Origin: Antedon mediterranea
Taxonomy: Eukaryota > Animalia > Echinodermata
NCBI RefSeq assembly: GCF_964355755.1
Contig: NC_092679.1
Span: forward strand, 15,483,432 to 15,547,431
Length of the DNA stretch: 64,000 nt
Direction: 5' to 3'
The notes below the pieces were generated by a model, which saw only the letters and a list, made by a program, of their open reading frames with translations, searched no databases and was not told the origin of the DNA. This document shows, in pieces, positions 60,901 through 64,000 of this stretch. Both the position numbers and the translations under genes were made by a program. The stretch's first letter is position 1; every line of letters starts with the position of its first letter.

Positions 60901-62419
60901 TAATATGAAATTATACTATACTCCGAGAAAGAATTCTCACCCATACAATTAAAGAAAATCTACAAATTAAGTTATAAGAATGTGAATTTATTTGTTTAAC
61001 CACAATAAATTAACTCACGATCATTTAATAGCATAATAATAATATTATTTAAATAAACATAACGTTACTCTATTATAAAATAAAACATTTATACCATAGT
61101 TTAGTTTTCATAAACATTGATTTTTTAAAATAATAAATGGATTATAACTTAAATAAAATGGGTATTAAAGTAAATTTAACAAGGAATGTAAAGATAAGTG
61201 CATAATGAATCAAATTGTTCAGGCTATGTAAATTAACATTTCCCCAATCTGATATTTTGTTAAAGTAAATGTAAAGCTCTGTCTACACTCCTAAAAAAAT
61301 GTATGTGCTCATTTATGAACGTGATGATGTCATATCAGTACCATATTTGAGTATATCACTTTAGATATAGCATAAGCAATTCAAAAAACATGTTCAAATT
61401 ATTTGCTACAGTATATTTCATAAGAACACCTATAATACAGTGATCCCATTGATATAAATTATTATTTTTAATGTATTATTTTATTTTATTATAAATTGAT
61501 TCTAATAAATCACTAACTTATTAATGATACCTGCAAGCCATGAAACATGGAATAACATATCTTAATTTTTAAAGCCAAAATAATTTTCACAAGAAATTAT
61601 TAAAAACAAATACTGAATATTCCCGGATTCCTTTACAGTCACATTTAAAGACAAATATTTACAATCATTTTTCTACATCAAAATTTAAATAAAATATCAC
61701 GATGAAAAATAAAAAAGTACTTGATAAATAATTTTAGTTATAATAAAATAATTAACTAAGATTATAATAAGCATTTTGTTTAAATGGAAAATAAGGCAAG
61801 GGAACACTAGAAAGAAGAAATAAGTTTTACAAATGTTAAAAGGAAAAAAAGAAATGTCTCATCTACTGTGTCACATATTAATGCAAACAGTATTATTATT
61901 ATTATAAAGATGAAACTATCAATTTTAAATGAAAAATGAACACAATACTACAGTAATTGTAAACCATAATTTAACAAGAAATATTTCTTACAAAAAACGC
62001 TGCTCGCTTATTGACGTAACAGTTTTTTGTTTTTTGTTTTTGAATGTGTCATTTTATTGTCACATAATAGTTATTTTACCTGAAAAAAATGCAATTAAAA
62101 GCAAAAAATACTTCAATTGTCTGTCAGACAATGTGGTTTTTGAGTTATAATTAAACGTTTCTTTTCTCTTTCTATAATGTGAATTTTGTTACAGAAGTGA
62201 ATAACTTTGATATGAAACAGACTCAATTTAGTTTAACAAAAATGTCAAAGTGTAGTACTAACTGCTGCTTGATTTCATCTAATTAATGAGTCATCTCGTG
62301 TGACGTAGCGGGCTAGAGCAGCAGCGTGAAAACAAACATGTCAGCATCAGAATAAAAAGATGTCTTTCAAACATTGTCATGGTTCAGACTATCGACTAAT
62401 GTAACAACCAGGAGTCTAA

Positions 62420-62595
62420 AGGCCAACTCAGAGAGCTTTGTAAAACAAGTCGTCTTGAGTGCTGTTTGAGTTGCAGCGAGTCTTCTTGAGATAGCATCGG
62501 GCATAGTTTTTTGGTCATCGAGAGAACTTTAAACAAGCTTCATTTCTCCAGACAGGACAACTTGTCGTATCCTACGCTGCTGTCTGAGTTGGCCT
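62420..62595. mobile_element. Harbinger-type MITE, TAA TSD
   Basis: TAA|AGGCCAACTCAGA...TCTGAGTTGGCCT|TAA. Confidence 0.75.
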
Positions 62596-62993
62596 TAACA
62601 CTAGGAAAATGTTTATCAAATAAGTTATTGAAATCGTCAAAGCTTGTATTGTATCACAGAAGGTCAGATTACAGATTTAAAAAAGAGAATTTAACAAGAG
62701 TCTCCTTTGGGTCACTCCCTAAATAGGTTAAACAAACTAGCGGCAATATTTAACACTATGGCCAATTCAGTATACAGGGGCGGATCCAGCATTATAGACT
62801 TGGGGAGGGGGCAATATTTCATAAAAATGATCCATCAGGTTAAAGGTTATATTTTATCTCCCTGCCTAAATCCACGCCTGGTGTATAACCCTATAAAAAT
62901 AAGTGTCCCAAAGGTGTCCCCTTAAAGGGGTTTTACTAAATTATATATAATTTTAAAAAATATGTTTGTTTTCTGTAGCTGTAAAGAACCTAT

Positions 62994-63826
<833 letters not shown>

Positions 63827-64000
63827 TTATAACAATACAAACCATATAGTGTTACATAGATTGTGAATAAGAATATTAAGCACAGGAAAATATTGCCTCA
63901 TACGTAACTTTTATTAGTTTATAATACAGGTGGACACCTGGAAATGACGGCTGGTTCTTAATGAACCGTGGCAGCCATAAAGAATGACACTAATATTTAA

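Overview
This is AT-rich, intron-rich animal DNA, probably from an invertebrate. It has no prokaryotic features, CRISPR arrays, rRNA or true tRNA genes. Four spliced genes lie head-to-tail on the minus strand: the last three coding exons of SEL1L (62994-63786), a complete atlastin (11 coding exons, 513 aa, two GC-AG introns), a complete PP2A B56 gamma/delta subunit (16 exons, 573 aa), and the first coding exon of an uncharacterised HEAT/ARM-like protein (3639-3945). Introns are dense with transposon debris. The main compound insertion is a deleted Academ (XPG nuclease plus Cys-rich tail) at 15233-21075 with an ATA TSD, and a 2.6-kb non-autonomous Helitron sits inside its right TIR. Also present are MITE families, tRNA-derived SINEs, CR1/L2 tails, a Helentron-type element, a Penelope-type minimal hammerhead ribozyme, a foldback element and several minisatellites. 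The most unusual signals are (i) abundant TACAGTA/TACTGTA/TACGGTA words that paired repeat copies suggest are Tc1/mariner excision footprints, and (ii) a 45-bp array that multiplies an atlastin splice acceptor. I found no clearly new multi-gene system. All coordinates were read by hand and no database searches were run.
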